From NCBI GenBank assembly GCA_963823665.1, contig CAWGMQ010000008.1:1536001-1600000 (forward strand): DNA of 64,000 bases, read 5' to 3'. The translations under genes were made by a program, and so were the position numbers. The DNA is from an uncultured Planctomycetota bacterium (GTDB lineage: Bacteria > Planctomycetota > Planctomycetia > Isosphaerales > Isosphaeraceae). Below the pieces are notes generated by a model. That model was not told the DNA's origin, did no database searches, and worked only from the letters and a program-made list of their open reading frames with translations. This document shows, in pieces, positions 28,702-43,192 of the stretch (position 1 is the stretch's first letter; each line of letters starts with the position of its first letter).

Positions 28702-28773
28702 CGTGTGGTACGGGAGTCGAACCCGTGACAGCCAGATTATCGGTCTGGTGCTCTACCCCTGAGCTAACCGTGC
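28702..28773 (-). tRNA. Pseudo-tRNA / tRNA-like element with Ile GAT anticodon
   Basis: GCACGGT TA GCTC-AGGGGTA-GAGC A CCAGA-CCGATAA-TCTGG CTGTC ACGGG-TTCGACT-CCCGT ACCACAC G: D, anticodon and T arms perfect; acceptor stem has 3 mismatches; C at position 33; no CCA. Confidence 0.8.
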
Positions 28774-28800
28774 TGATGACCTCCGTTCAGAACCCATGTA

Positions 28801-28843
28801 CGGTACAGGCGGAGCCAAACCCTCTCGGGTGACTCGCCTGCCG
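28801..28843 (-). other. GNRA-capped RNA hairpin upstream of the tRNA-like element
   Basis: CGG-CAGGCG-AGTC-ACCC(GAGA)GGGT-TT-GGCT-C-CGCCTG-TA-CCG. Confidence 0.5.
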
Positions 28844-28955
28844 CTGGTCGGATGCCATCACTTCATTTCAGATCCGCGGCGGCCTCGAAATGTTCGCGGA
28901 ACAGAAAATAAGACTCACCCTCGAAGCGGATGAGGGTGTGCACCGCGCCGAACAT

Positions 28956-31900
28956 TCAAGGGGACTTCTTCGGCCGGGCAAGAGATGTCTCGTCTAACTC
29001 TTCGAGCAGTTTCTTGAAATCCTCCCGCGTGCGAAACGCCTCGAGTGCCGCCTCGGTGCGGAAGGCGCTCGCGTTCCGGAAGCCGACTGTCGACGGCCTT
29101 TCTCAGCAGAGCCATCGCCTGGGCCGCTTCGGCCTTGCCGTCGTCGGCCGACACGCCGGCTCCGTCCTTCCCGGCCAGGCCGGCGAGCGCCGCGCGGCAG
29201 CACGCTGTCTCGAACCGCTCTTCGCCCGACCGCGAGGTGAGCCCGTCATACAGCCCCAGTGCGCCGGCGGGTATCGGCCGACCCACCCGTGAGGTCGCTC
29301 AGTCGCGCAGGGCCAATCCGCGCCGTCGCAACGAGTGGGCCAGGAGGCTGCGGTACCACGGATTGGGGTTTTCCTTGACCAGCTTTTCGTGGATGGCGAT
29401 GGCCCGTTCGTAATCTTCGCGCGCCTCCGCGAGCCGGCCGAGCGCACGAATCACGTCGCCGAGGTAGTAAAGAGCGCCGGCGAGGCCAACCTTGTGGCCT
29501 GGGGCATTGGGGTTGTCGTCGCTCAGCTTCTGGTAAAGCGCGATGGCGTTGCGCTCCTCGGCCTCAGCCTCCGCCGCCCGGCCCGTCTGCGACAGCAGGA
29601 TACCGAGATCGAGGTGATTATTCGCGAGCTCGGCGCGAATGCGCGGTGACGGAGGGATCAAGGTCGGCCAGCTTTTGATAGATCGCCATCGACTTGCGGT
29701 ATTCCGCTTCCGCCTCAGGCAGCTTGCCCGACTCGCCGAGCAGATAGCCCAGATTGTGGCGGCTGCGTGCCAGATCACTCTGGAGCTTGGTGACGGTGGG
29801 GTTGTCGTCGGCAAGCTTTTGTCTGATCGCCATCGCCTTCTGGAACTCAGCCTGAGATTCCGCGGGCCGGCCCGTTTGATGCAGCAGGATCGCGAGCGAA
29901 GAATGGCTGTCCGCCAGGTTGCCGCGGTAATCGGCGACGGTGGGATTCTCTTCGGCCAGCTTCTGATAGATCGCCATCGACTTTCGGTGCTCGACTTCCG
30001 ACTCCGAGGCGCGGCCGGTCTGGCTCAGCACTTCCCCGAGGTTTCTGTGGCTCAGCGCCAGGTCGTTCCGGAATTCGATGACGGCGGGATTATCGTCGGC
30101 GAGCTTTTGCTTGATCGCCATCGCCTCGCGGAACGCGGCTTCCGAGTCTTTGGATCGGCCCGCGATCGTTAGCAGCAGGCTGCCGCGGTTGTTGGAGATG
30201 ATCCCCAGGCGACGCCGGATTTCGGAATTAGCTGGGTTTTCCTGGGCCAGCTTCTGATAGATCGCTAGCGCCTTGCTGTATTCGACGTCGGCCTCCGACG
30301 GCCGACCCGTTCTTCCAAGCAGATTGCCGATGCGGTTGATGGTGTTCGCCAGCTCGCGCCGGGCCTCCATCGTTGCGTCGGGCGCCTCGGTCAGCACTTC
30401 CTGGTCAGACCGAGCCTGGCGAAGGACCTCTAGCCCGTCGGCGGCGTGGCCTGTGCTGTAGAGCAGGTAGCCAAGCCGAGACCGGCAGTCGGCCAGGGCG
30501 GCCCGTACCGGGGCGGTCGCCGAGGCGCTCGCAGCCGGGGCTTCGAGCAAAGCCTCGGCCTCCCGATACGTTGCCACGGCGTCGTCGGTCTTGCCGACTC
30601 CCTCGAGAAGGGTCGCGACGGCCGTCAGGCTGCGACCGACATCGGCGCTGGTCTCGGCGTCGGCGTTCGGGCTCGGCCGCCAGCGCCTTCCTTGCGGCCA
30701 GCACCGCGCGGTGCGCCGCCAGGGCCTCCTCCTTGCGTCCGACCTTGTCGGTCAGGTCGGCCAGCTCGAAGTTCGAGCGCCGTCAGCGCCCGCCGTGAGG
30801 CCAGGTCGGTCTCGTTGCCGAGCAGGGCCGACAGCTTGCCGTAGAAGTCGGCAGCCGATTTCAACAGCCGGTCGCGCAGCTCCTTGAACTGGTTCTGCTT
30901 GAGCAGGAAGTCCTCGCTGACACCCGTGTGGAACGTCTTGATGGCGTCGACGGCGAGATTGTAACGCGCCTGAACCTTGATGTTGGCGGTGGTCAGGTCG
31001 GCATTGGCCGCGGCCAGCGCCGTGTTGGCCCGTGCCGCACGGATCAGACCCCAGGTGGTGCCCACCATCCCCAGCACGAGCGACAGCATGACCAGGCCCG
31101 CCGCCACAACCTGGCCCTTGTGCCGGCTGGCGAACTTGCGGAGCCGATAGCCTGCACTTGGCGGCCGCGCCTCCACCACCTCGTTGGCCAGGTAGCGCTG
31201 GATGTCGCGGGCCAGGCCGCTGGCCGTTTCGTACCGTCGGTCGCGCTCCTTTTCCAGGCACTTCATCACGACCCAGTCCAGGTCGCCCTCGCAGCATCGT
31301 CATCAGCTTGCGCGGCTCGGTCTGCCGCAGCGCCGCCTGCGACGGCAGCGAAGCGTCCGATCGACAGCCGCGTCGAGGGCTTCGAAGGCTCTTCCTCGCG
31401 AATGATCCGGATCATTTCCGAGAACGCTGCCTTCTTGAGCCGTGCCGCGTCGGTCGGGCGTAGGCCCGTCAGCAGCTCGTACAGGATCACGCCCAGCGAG
31501 TAGATGTCGGACCTCGTGTCGACGTCTTCTCCCGAGAATCCCGCCTGCTCGGGCGACATGTAATCAAGCGTGCCGACCACCGCGCCGAACTGCGTGGCCA
31601 GCGTTTCATCGGTCAGCTTGCCGGCGGTCGCCTTCGCCACTCCGAAGTCGATGACCTTGGGCACCGGCTTGCCGTCAATCAGCGTGACCAGGATGTTGGC
31701 GGGCTTGAGGTCACGATGGACAATTCCCTTCTGATGCGCGTGCTGCACCGCCTGGCAGATCGGTACGAAGAGCTCGAGACGCTCCGTCGGCGTGAGCTTC
31801 GCGTCGTCGCAGAATTTCGAGAGCGGTAGGCCGTTGACCAGCTCCATGACGAAAAAGGGCTGTCCGTTCGGCGTCAGACCGCCGTCGAGCACCTTGGCGA

Positions 31901-32396
31901 TGTTGGGGTGGTCCATGAGCGCGAGCGCCTGGCGTTCCTGCTCGAACCGCTGCAGCACAGCCCGGGAATCCATCCCCGGCTTGATCAGCTTGAGCGCGAC
32001 CTTGCGTTTGACGGGCTCGGTTTGCTGGGCGACCCAGACTTCGCCCATTCCGCCTTCACCGATTCGCCGTTCGAGAGTGTAGCGCCCCGAGATGACGACG
32101 CCGGCCGAGGCACCCTTCTCTCGGAGGGCGGCGGCTGCGAGAATCGACGCCGGATCGGGCCCCGGGGTGAGCACTTCGGTGAGATCGCTGCCAAAATGCG
32201 GTGCGTTCGAATCGATGGTCGCCCCGACATCGCCTCCTGGCAGGTCGAGGAACCCTCCCGTAGCTTCATGCGTGGCCAGAAGCCCCTCGACGGTGGCACG
32301 GAGGTCGGGTTTGCCGGCGCAGGCTGCGTCAAGGAACGCGGTGCGCTCAGCGGGCGGTTTGTCCAGGGCATCGCGCAACAGCGTTTCTTCGTTCAT
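28956..32396 (-). pseudogene. Ser/Thr protein kinase with TM segment and TPR array, broken by about 7 frameshifts
   Basis: IGEGGMGEV, VALKLIK, HRDLKPAN, DFG, GTLDYMSPEQ, DIYSLG; TPRs AMAIYQKLADDNP; true C-terminus REDFKKLLEEL..KKSP* at 28956; errors versus decay unresolved. Confidence 0.85.
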
Positions 32397-32439
32397 CGTG
32401 ATCTCCTGGTGGCGAAGCCGTGGTTCGGGCGTTCACTGG

Positions 32440-32688
32440 CTAAGGATTTGGGCCAGGGTCGAATTGCGTGACCCGTTCGAGAAGTCCATGTCGACCAGCC
32501 AAGCTCCTATAGACTGGCTGACCGGGCACAACAACTTTCGCCATATCCAACGCTAGATTCTGTTCGCGGTGGAGAAATGCGACGATCTGATCGACCGCCC
32601 ATATGACCGGATCGCCATATGACGAATATGGTACTCGCACCGAGGGTACGAGGTGATTTGCCAGAACATCCGGTCCCTCAGTCACCAA
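32440..32688 (-). CDS. Small hypothetical protein
   Basis: 82-aa ORF overlapping the stop of the upstream 32682..33020 gene. Confidence 0.4.
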   Translation of the reverse strand: MVTEGPDVLANHLVPSVRVPYSSYGDPVIWAVDQIVAFLHREQNLALDMAKVVVPGQPVYRSLAGRHGLLERVTQFDPGPNP

Positions 32689-33020
32689 GTGCGTGCGGGG
32701 AGCTGAGGGACGCCGGAATTCGATGCGCGAGGCTTAGCCGTCACAGCGGAGATTAATTGCTCGCCGAGATCGGTTGGGTGAGCGAAGATCCCGTTCTTAA
32801 TCTTGATGAACCCGTTGTCGGCCAACTGCTCGCAAGCGTCCTGCACTTCTCCGAAGCCGTATCCCTCACCGCTATTGGCAAAGTGCATGGCTAGTGTCTG
32901 AAATGCGATGCCATACCCTGCTCTGCGGCCAGGTTCGATCGCGGGAAAAGCAGCCAGAATGTCGCGGTAGATGGGAGGAAGTCCTTTCGCATACGCGGAG
33001 ATTTCAGCATCAGTCGGCAT
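32682..33020 (-). CDS. Small winged-helix-like hypothetical protein
   Basis: RBS AAAGGAG before ATG 33020; EVQDACEQLADNGFI...PTDLGEQL wHTH-like pattern. Confidence 0.65.
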   Translation of the reverse strand: MPTDAEISAYAKGLPPIYRDILAAFPAIEPGRRAGYGIAFQTLAMHFANSGEGYGFGEVQDACEQLADNGFIKIKNGIFAHPTDLGEQLISAVTAKPRASNSGVPQLPARTW

Positions 33021-33156
33021 GACTGCTCCTTTGTTGAAAGCGCGCCACCAACCTTCGCAGAACTGAGCTATTCTTTTGCTTCGATTGTAGGCCCAGCACG
33101 CTAACGATGGCAACCGCGAGTCTCTCCTGGGGACAGCCCGTCCTGTGTTGGGTGGC

Positions 33157-33308
33157 TCACGCCGGCGTCGGCTCGATGAGTTCCTTGAGCATGGCGGGAA
33201 AAACCGCCCAGGCTTCTTGATAGGTAGCTTCCAGCGGGGCGGGGATGTAGCGAGTCTCGGAGAGGAAGATCGGCAGCGAAGGGAGCGGATCGCCGATGAA
33301 GAGCGCTA
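33157..33308 (-). pseudogene. C-terminal remnant of a DUF4058-like protein
   Basis: IGDPLPSLPIFL...YIPAPLEATYQEAW begins immediately after the VOC stop with no own start. Confidence 0.6.
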
Positions 33309-33746
33309 GCCCGGGTAGATGGTCCCTTCTTCCACGAAGCACATCGGGTTGTGCCACCTGTCCTCGGCGTAGAATGACCGCTCGCCCCAGGGTCTCACGC
33401 TGATCTGGCCGCCAGGCTCGCCGTGGACCTGCTCCTGCGACAGGCAACCCAAGGACTTGGCCCGCTCGAAGATCGCATCGAGGTCGCCTACGACAAAATA
33501 CAGGGCCTTTGCGGCCGGGTGCGGCACGCGCTCGGATGAGACATCGACGACCTGCAATGTGACCGGGCCGCACGTGAAGTAGCAGCGCGAGCCGGCTTGC
33601 AGCCGCCCGGTGAGGCCGAAGAGCGTTCCATAAAACTTGGCCGCTTCGTCGAGGTTTCCGACTTCGACGTTGATGCGGAATAGGCTCGGGATGTCGAGTT
33701 CGTCCTGGCCGCCACTTCTCTTGCTCGTCTTCTTGTCACCAGCCAT
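33306..33746 (-). CDS. VOC/glyoxalase-bleomycin-resistance family protein
   Basis: EVGNLDEAAKFYGTLFG, LYFVVGDLD, RPWGERSFYAEDRWHN. Confidence 0.9.
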   Translation of the reverse strand: MAGDKKTSKRSGGQDELDIPSLFRINVEVGNLDEAAKFYGTLFGLTGRLQAGSRCYFTCGPVTLQVVDVSSERVPHPAAKALYFVVGDLDAIFERAKSLGCLSQEQVHGEPGGQISVRPWGERSFYAEDRWHNPMCFVEEGTIYPG

Positions 33747-33763
33747 GTTGTCCTCCAGTGGTT

Positions 33764-34069
33764 TCAGCTTGGGGGTTTTGAGAACCAGGCGAGCCAGTCT
33801 CGCACCAGGTTCAAGCGACGACAGTCGATGCGGTAGCGGCGCGTCCGGCCGTCGCGCTCATGCCGGAGCAGCCCCGCCGACTCAAGGACCTGAAGATGCC
33901 GTGTCGTCGTCGGCCAAGCGTGCTCGAACGTGCTGGCGATCTCGCCGGCCGTCATCGACCCGCCCTTGAAGTACACCGTGAGTAAGATCCGGCGCCGCAC
34001 CGGGTGGGCGAGTGCCGTGAATACGGCCTCGTACGCATCCGGCCGGCCCTTTGGTTCGCGTTGGGACAC
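33764..34069 (-). CDS. ArsR/SmtB-family transcriptional regulator
   Basis: FTALAHPVRRRIL, MTAGEIA, TTRHLQVLESAGL, RDGRTRRY. Confidence 0.92.
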   Translation of the reverse strand: MSQREPKGRPDAYEAVFTALAHPVRRRILLTVYFKGGSMTAGEIASTFEHAWPTTTRHLQVLESAGLLRHERDGRTRRYRIDCRRLNLVRDWLAWFSKPPS

Positions 34070-34137
34070 CGATAATATTTAGCATAAATGCTAAATGCGG
34101 TCAAGGGCGGGCTCGCTTTCCGAGCGTTCGAACGTGC

Positions 34138-34728
34138 CTACGACGAATCCTGACTCGAAATCGCCTTGGAGGGAAGCTTCTTCAAATCATGCCGCATGAT
34201 CAGCCGAGGCGGCACGTGGCGAGCAACGGTTTTGAATCCGGCGTGCGTGAAGGTCGAGGCGTAGCCTGTCCCTGAGGAACTCGGCGTCAGGCTCGCATCA
34301 AGCGGATAAGCTTCGAGCGCGGGTGCGCCGGCTTGCTTTGCCATTTTGAGCGCAGCCGCGATCAAGACGGATGTGACGCCTTTCCTGCGGTAACCCTTCC
34401 GAATATAGAAACAGGAGATTGACCAGACCGGGACGTCATCCACTCGCCTCAGCCGCCAGGTGCGATCGAGCCACGGCGCGGCATCGCGCGGGGTAACCTG
34501 GCACCAGCCCACTGCGCGGTCGCCGTCGAAGGCGAGTAACCCTGGCGGCGGTCCGGAGTTGACGATCTCTCGAATCGCCGCCTTGTTGTCCTCGCCTGGC
34601 CTGGAGCGATAGGCGCTGCCAATCCGCCAGTACATACACCAGCAGCCGTTGCAGGCGCCGTTGGTGCCGAACAGGTCCGCGAACGCAGGCCACAGGTCCG
34701 GTGTGAGCGGGCGAACCGACAGCTTCAT
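34138..34728 (-). CDS. GNAT-family acetyltransferase
   Basis: CNGCWCMYWR, AVGWCQ..PR, WSISCFYI...RRKGV, LEAYP. Confidence 0.9.
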   Translation of the reverse strand: MKLSVRPLTPDLWPAFADLFGTNGACNGCWCMYWRIGSAYRSRPGEDNKAAIREIVNSGPPPGLLAFDGDRAVGWCQVTPRDAAPWLDRTWRLRRVDDVPVWSISCFYIRKGYRRKGVTSVLIAAALKMAKQAGAPALEAYPLDASLTPSSSGTGYASTFTHAGFKTVARHVPPRLIMRHDLKKLPSKAISSQDSS

Positions 34729-34746
34729 GCGACCTCCGCTGGAGTT

Positions 34747-35133
34747 TCAGCCGGGCTCCTGATTGAGGTAGATCTTGTTGCCGTAAAGATCCTGCAACAT
34801 GACGCCGGTGCCATACGGCATGGTGACCGGTTCTCCTTCGAATTGCACGCCATGTCGCTTCATTTGTTGATAATCTCGATTGGCGTCATCCGTGCAAATG
34901 CTGAACAGCGGCTGGGCCGCGGCCTGGTGGCCGACGAGCGCCTTCTCTTCGTCGGTCTTTGCAATTTCGAGGTTGATTGAGAAGTCCGCGTTATCGGGGG
35001 CCTTGACGAGAAGCCAGCGATAATCGCCGAGGCGTTTGTCTTCGGCGACTTCGAATCCCAGCTTGTCGACGTAGAAAGACCGCGCCGCGTTTTGGTCGGT
35101 CACGTACAGCTTGAACAAGGTCACCTTCTTCAT
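34747..35133 (-). CDS. VOC/glyoxalase family protein
   Basis: LYVTDQNAARSFYVDKLGF, RWLLV, PYGTGVMLQDLYGN; RBS GGAG. Confidence 0.9.
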   Translation of the reverse strand: MKKVTLFKLYVTDQNAARSFYVDKLGFEVAEDKRLGDYRWLLVKAPDNADFSINLEIAKTDEEKALVGHQAAAQPLFSICTDDANRDYQQMKRHGVQFEGEPVTMPYGTGVMLQDLYGNKIYLNQEPG

Positions 35134-35185
35134 GATCGACTCCGGGGTTTGTGGAATGCGATGAATGACGCTGCGACGTGGATCA

Positions 35186-36064
35186 TCATCGCTTTGGCCG
35201 GCGGCGCGAGTCTTGAACAGATCGGACACCTTGCGCCGGTCCGGACTCACGCGCGATCTCGGTCGCGCCATACCACTCCGGAGTGAAGAGATGAGTCGGC
35301 GGCTCGGCGCCGAAGGTGCGAAACTCGCGCACAAGGTGTGCCTGATCGGCAAAGCCGTGCTCCGCGGCCAGACTGGCCCAGGTGAGGTGCGGGCTCATCG
35401 AGGCGCTTTGCCAAACACGCGCGAATCGCATGACTCGCATGAACCGCTTGGGAGTCATGCCCACGGCGGTGAGAAAACGTCGTTGCAACTGCCGCGATGA
35501 GAGATGGAGCTCACGCGCGATCTCTGTGACGACCGGCATGACATCCGAGCGATTAAGCCGATCGACCGCGGCAATTACCTCGGTATCGGAGGAAAGGGCA
35601 CGAGGCAGTTGCTCGAGGAGCACTTGATCGAGCGCTTGCCGGAAGGCGTTTGTTTCCGTGTTTGGGTGTTCGGCGAGTCGCTCTGCAAGAGCATCGTCGA
35701 GCTTCCTACACACCTCGGAGAGCGGAAGCAGCCGTTCGGCGAGGTCGGCGGCGGATCGTCCGAAAAAGCCAGCGCCTCGCGCGGGATGAAATCGGATGCC
35801 AAAGGTATGAACCAGCCCCTGGTAATCCAGGCGAAGGGCTTTTGACAAAGGACCAACAACGGCGCGGTCGGGCTGGAGACCCTGGAACGCTGGTCCAACA
35901 AGCCCGACAGGATCGCCCAGGTTGAAGACCAGCTCGACGTGACCGTCGGGCAAGACAGCAGAAGATGGCATCTGGCGGCCGTCACCGAAGACTCGCCAGT
36001 ACGCGGTGATGATGCCCGCGAGGCCGGGGGAATCAGGAAGCCATTCGTCGTAGCGAATGTCCAT
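35186..36064 (-). CDS. AraC-family regulator (DUF6597-type N-terminus)
   Basis: VLPDGHVELVF, GIRFHP, SSRQLQRRF...VGMTPK, GFADQAHLVREF. Confidence 0.92.
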   Translation of the reverse strand: MDIRYDEWLPDSPGLAGIITAYWRVFGDGRQMPSSAVLPDGHVELVFNLGDPVGLVGPAFQGLQPDRAVVGPLSKALRLDYQGLVHTFGIRFHPARGAGFFGRSAADLAERLLPLSEVCRKLDDALAERLAEHPNTETNAFRQALDQVLLEQLPRALSSDTEVIAAVDRLNRSDVMPVVTEIARELHLSSRQLQRRFLTAVGMTPKRFMRVMRFARVWQSASMSPHLTWASLAAEHGFADQAHLVREFRTFGAEPPTHLFTPEWYGATEIARESGPAQGVRSVQDSRRRPKR

Positions 36065-36138
36065 GCGATTGACGCCAAGCACGCCGCGCAGCGGCACGGG
36101 CGTTCCCACGTGGAGCGTAGGAACGAGGATTCTGTCGT

Positions 36139-37548
36139 TCAGGTAGCATCTGTCTCGGCCGAGCCGAAGCCGAGGAGGCTTTGAGTGAGTGAGCCGCCTT
36201 CGACGACCAGCTCGTGAATGGCTGCGTCCAGGTGCCGGCCTTCGACGCGGTCGCTGGATTCATCCGCGGCAAAGAGGGCAGCCTTGCGCATCATTTCGCG
36301 GATGAAGGCGGCGCTGGCGCCGCCTGTTCGACGGACGAACGTGTCCCAGTTCACCTGGCCCAGCGGCAAGTTGTCTGAGTACAGCTCGAACAGGCGCCGG
36401 CGGCAGGATGCATCCGGGAGCGGGATTTCGATGGCCTGATCGACGCGGCCCGGGCGGGCGGCGAGTGCGGGCTCAAGGATGTCCGGCCGGTTGGTCGTGA
36501 GAAGGAAGAGCACGTCGGCATCGTCGGCGAGGCCGTCCATCTGGTTGAGCAGCTCGAAGAGCAGGGGGCCTGCGCACGCGGCACCGGGGCGGGTGCGCTC
36601 TTCGGCGACGAGGTCGACGTCTTCGAGAATCACGATCGCCGGCTGCAAGGCGCGTGCCAGGGCGCATGACTGCTCGATCATTGCCTGACCGCGGCCGGTG
36701 AGGAGCAACACGGTGCGATTTCGAATGGCACGGGCGACGTACATGGCGGTCAATGTCTTGCCCGTGCCGGGCGGCCCGTGCAGCAGGATGCCGCGCTTCA
36801 GATGGCGGCCTTCGGCAACCAGTATGTCCGAGAGCTCGGAGAACCGAACGGTCTGGCGCTCGATCCGTTCGAGCAGTCCCTTCGGCAAGATGATGTTCTC
36901 GCGCAAAACGTCGGGCAGTCGATGAAACTTGATTTCGGTGCTTCCTATTTGCGATTGTGTCAGCGAGATGACGTGACCGCGGTAGACATTGCGCTTTCGC
37001 ATCGCGGTGCGCAGACCAGCCAGAAACTTCTCAGCGCTATCGCGAGTCGGCGCCATCACCTGAATAGTGACCTGGGCCATCGGATGAAACTCCCTTGCCG
37101 GGCCGGACATCAGGATGGCGAGTGGCTCGCCACCGCGCTTTACGAGGAACAGACCGCTCTGCACACACGCCACGATGCGGTCGTCGTCGAGTGTGATATT
37201 GGCGTATTCGACCGGGCCTTCGGCTGTCCCCCCGCCGCCCATCAGGCCGGCTTTTGCCGGGGCAGCCAGCTCGGTCAGTGTGGCGCTCATGAACGGGTGG
37301 GGATTGATCACACCATAGGTCGCGACCGAGCCGTCGGCGGTTTCGAACTCGGCGTCGATTGCCTTTTGCAGGTTGGCGTGGTCATACGCTGGAAACTTCT
37401 CACTCAATATGGCGAGCTCGGTGGGCTCGCAATCGAAGTGGTCGCGCAGGCGCCGGCGAAAGACCGGCTCTTCCGCCGGGGCAGCGGCCGACATCTGGTC
37501 GAGGAAGCCCTTGAAGGATGCGCCGAAGGCTTGGGGGGAAATGTCCAT
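36139..37548 (-). CDS. AAA+ ATPase
   Basis: RGILLHGPPGTGKT, VILEDVD, LLNQMDG, TTNRPDILEPALAARPGRVD. Confidence 0.92.
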   Translation of the reverse strand: MDISPQAFGASFKGFLDQMSAAAPAEEPVFRRRLRDHFDCEPTELAILSEKFPAYDHANLQKAIDAEFETADGSVATYGVINPHPFMSATLTELAAPAKAGLMGGGGTAEGPVEYANITLDDDRIVACVQSGLFLVKRGGEPLAILMSGPAREFHPMAQVTIQVMAPTRDSAEKFLAGLRTAMRKRNVYRGHVISLTQSQIGSTEIKFHRLPDVLRENIILPKGLLERIERQTVRFSELSDILVAEGRHLKRGILLHGPPGTGKTLTAMYVARAIRNRTVLLLTGRGQAMIEQSCALARALQPAIVILEDVDLVAEERTRPGAACAGPLLFELLNQMDGLADDADVLFLLTTNRPDILEPALAARPGRVDQAIEIPLPDASCRRRLFELYSDNLPLGQVNWDTFVRRTGGASAAFIREMMRKAALFAADESSDRVEGRHLDAAIHELVVEGGSLTQSLLGFGSAETDAT

Positions 37549-37747
37549 TGGGGTGGTTTCCGTCAACAGGCGGTACTTCGGGCGTTTGTTTGCTCGCGCA
37601 TGCTGTGCGCACGGCGCGCAGCCGATGCTGTTGTTTTACCATACCGCCCGGTGGGCGTGCTGTGATGAGCGTGAAACTTGGCTCAGAAAGGAAGATGCAT
37701 GAAATTGAAGAAATGGAGCATCGACCCATCTGCGCGATCGTCTGGCC

Positions 37748-42504
<4,757 letters not shown>

Positions 42505-42508
<4 letters not shown>

Positions 42509-43119
42509 GGCGGCAATTCCTCCAGCGTTCGCTTGAGTGCCAGCATGGTCCGCGTCCAGAGCTTGCGGACCGCACCCGATGTTCGACCCATCCGCTCGGC
42601 GATCTGGTCGAAGGGCATGTGCTCCAGATTACGCATGATGAAAACCTCGCGGTAGTCGGCAGAAAGTTTCTCGAGGGCGTTGGCCAGCAGCACGACTTGC
42701 TCGCGACGGCTGGTGTGGGCGCTGGGCGACGACAGCGGCGCGGCCAGGCGTGATTGAATCGCCAGGCTGGATCGATCGAGGATGACTTCCATGGGCTCTT
42801 CGCGACGGTAATCCCGACCCTTGGCCCGGTGCCGCTTCAACTGGTCGGCCAGGCTGCGGACCTGGATCTGCCTCAGCCAGGCGATCAGCTCGGGCTCGGT
42901 CGAGCCCAGGAACTGCGCGAATTCGCGATGGGCCTTAAGAAAGGTTTCCTGCACCAGGTCGGAGGCGTCGAGCCGGACGCGCAAGGGCTGGCTGATCAGG
43001 GCGCGGGCCATAAGACGAAGGTAGTTGCGATAGAGCTCGAGCAAGTGGCCGCGCGCCGACTCGTCGCCGGCGCGGGCACGTTCCAGCAGCACCACGGGGA
43101 TCGCATCGGGCGCGGGCAT
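42505..43119 (-). CDS. ECF sigma-70 factor, planctomycete kinase-associated type
   Basis: LLELYRNYL, DASDLVQETF, WLRQI, region 4 LEKLSADYREV...IAERMGRTSGAV. Confidence 0.93.
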
Positions 43120-43192
43120 CGGTGGCGTTCCTTGATCACGCCTCAGTGGCTCACGGCGCGCAGAGGCTTGATCTACCCCACAAGCGTTACCG

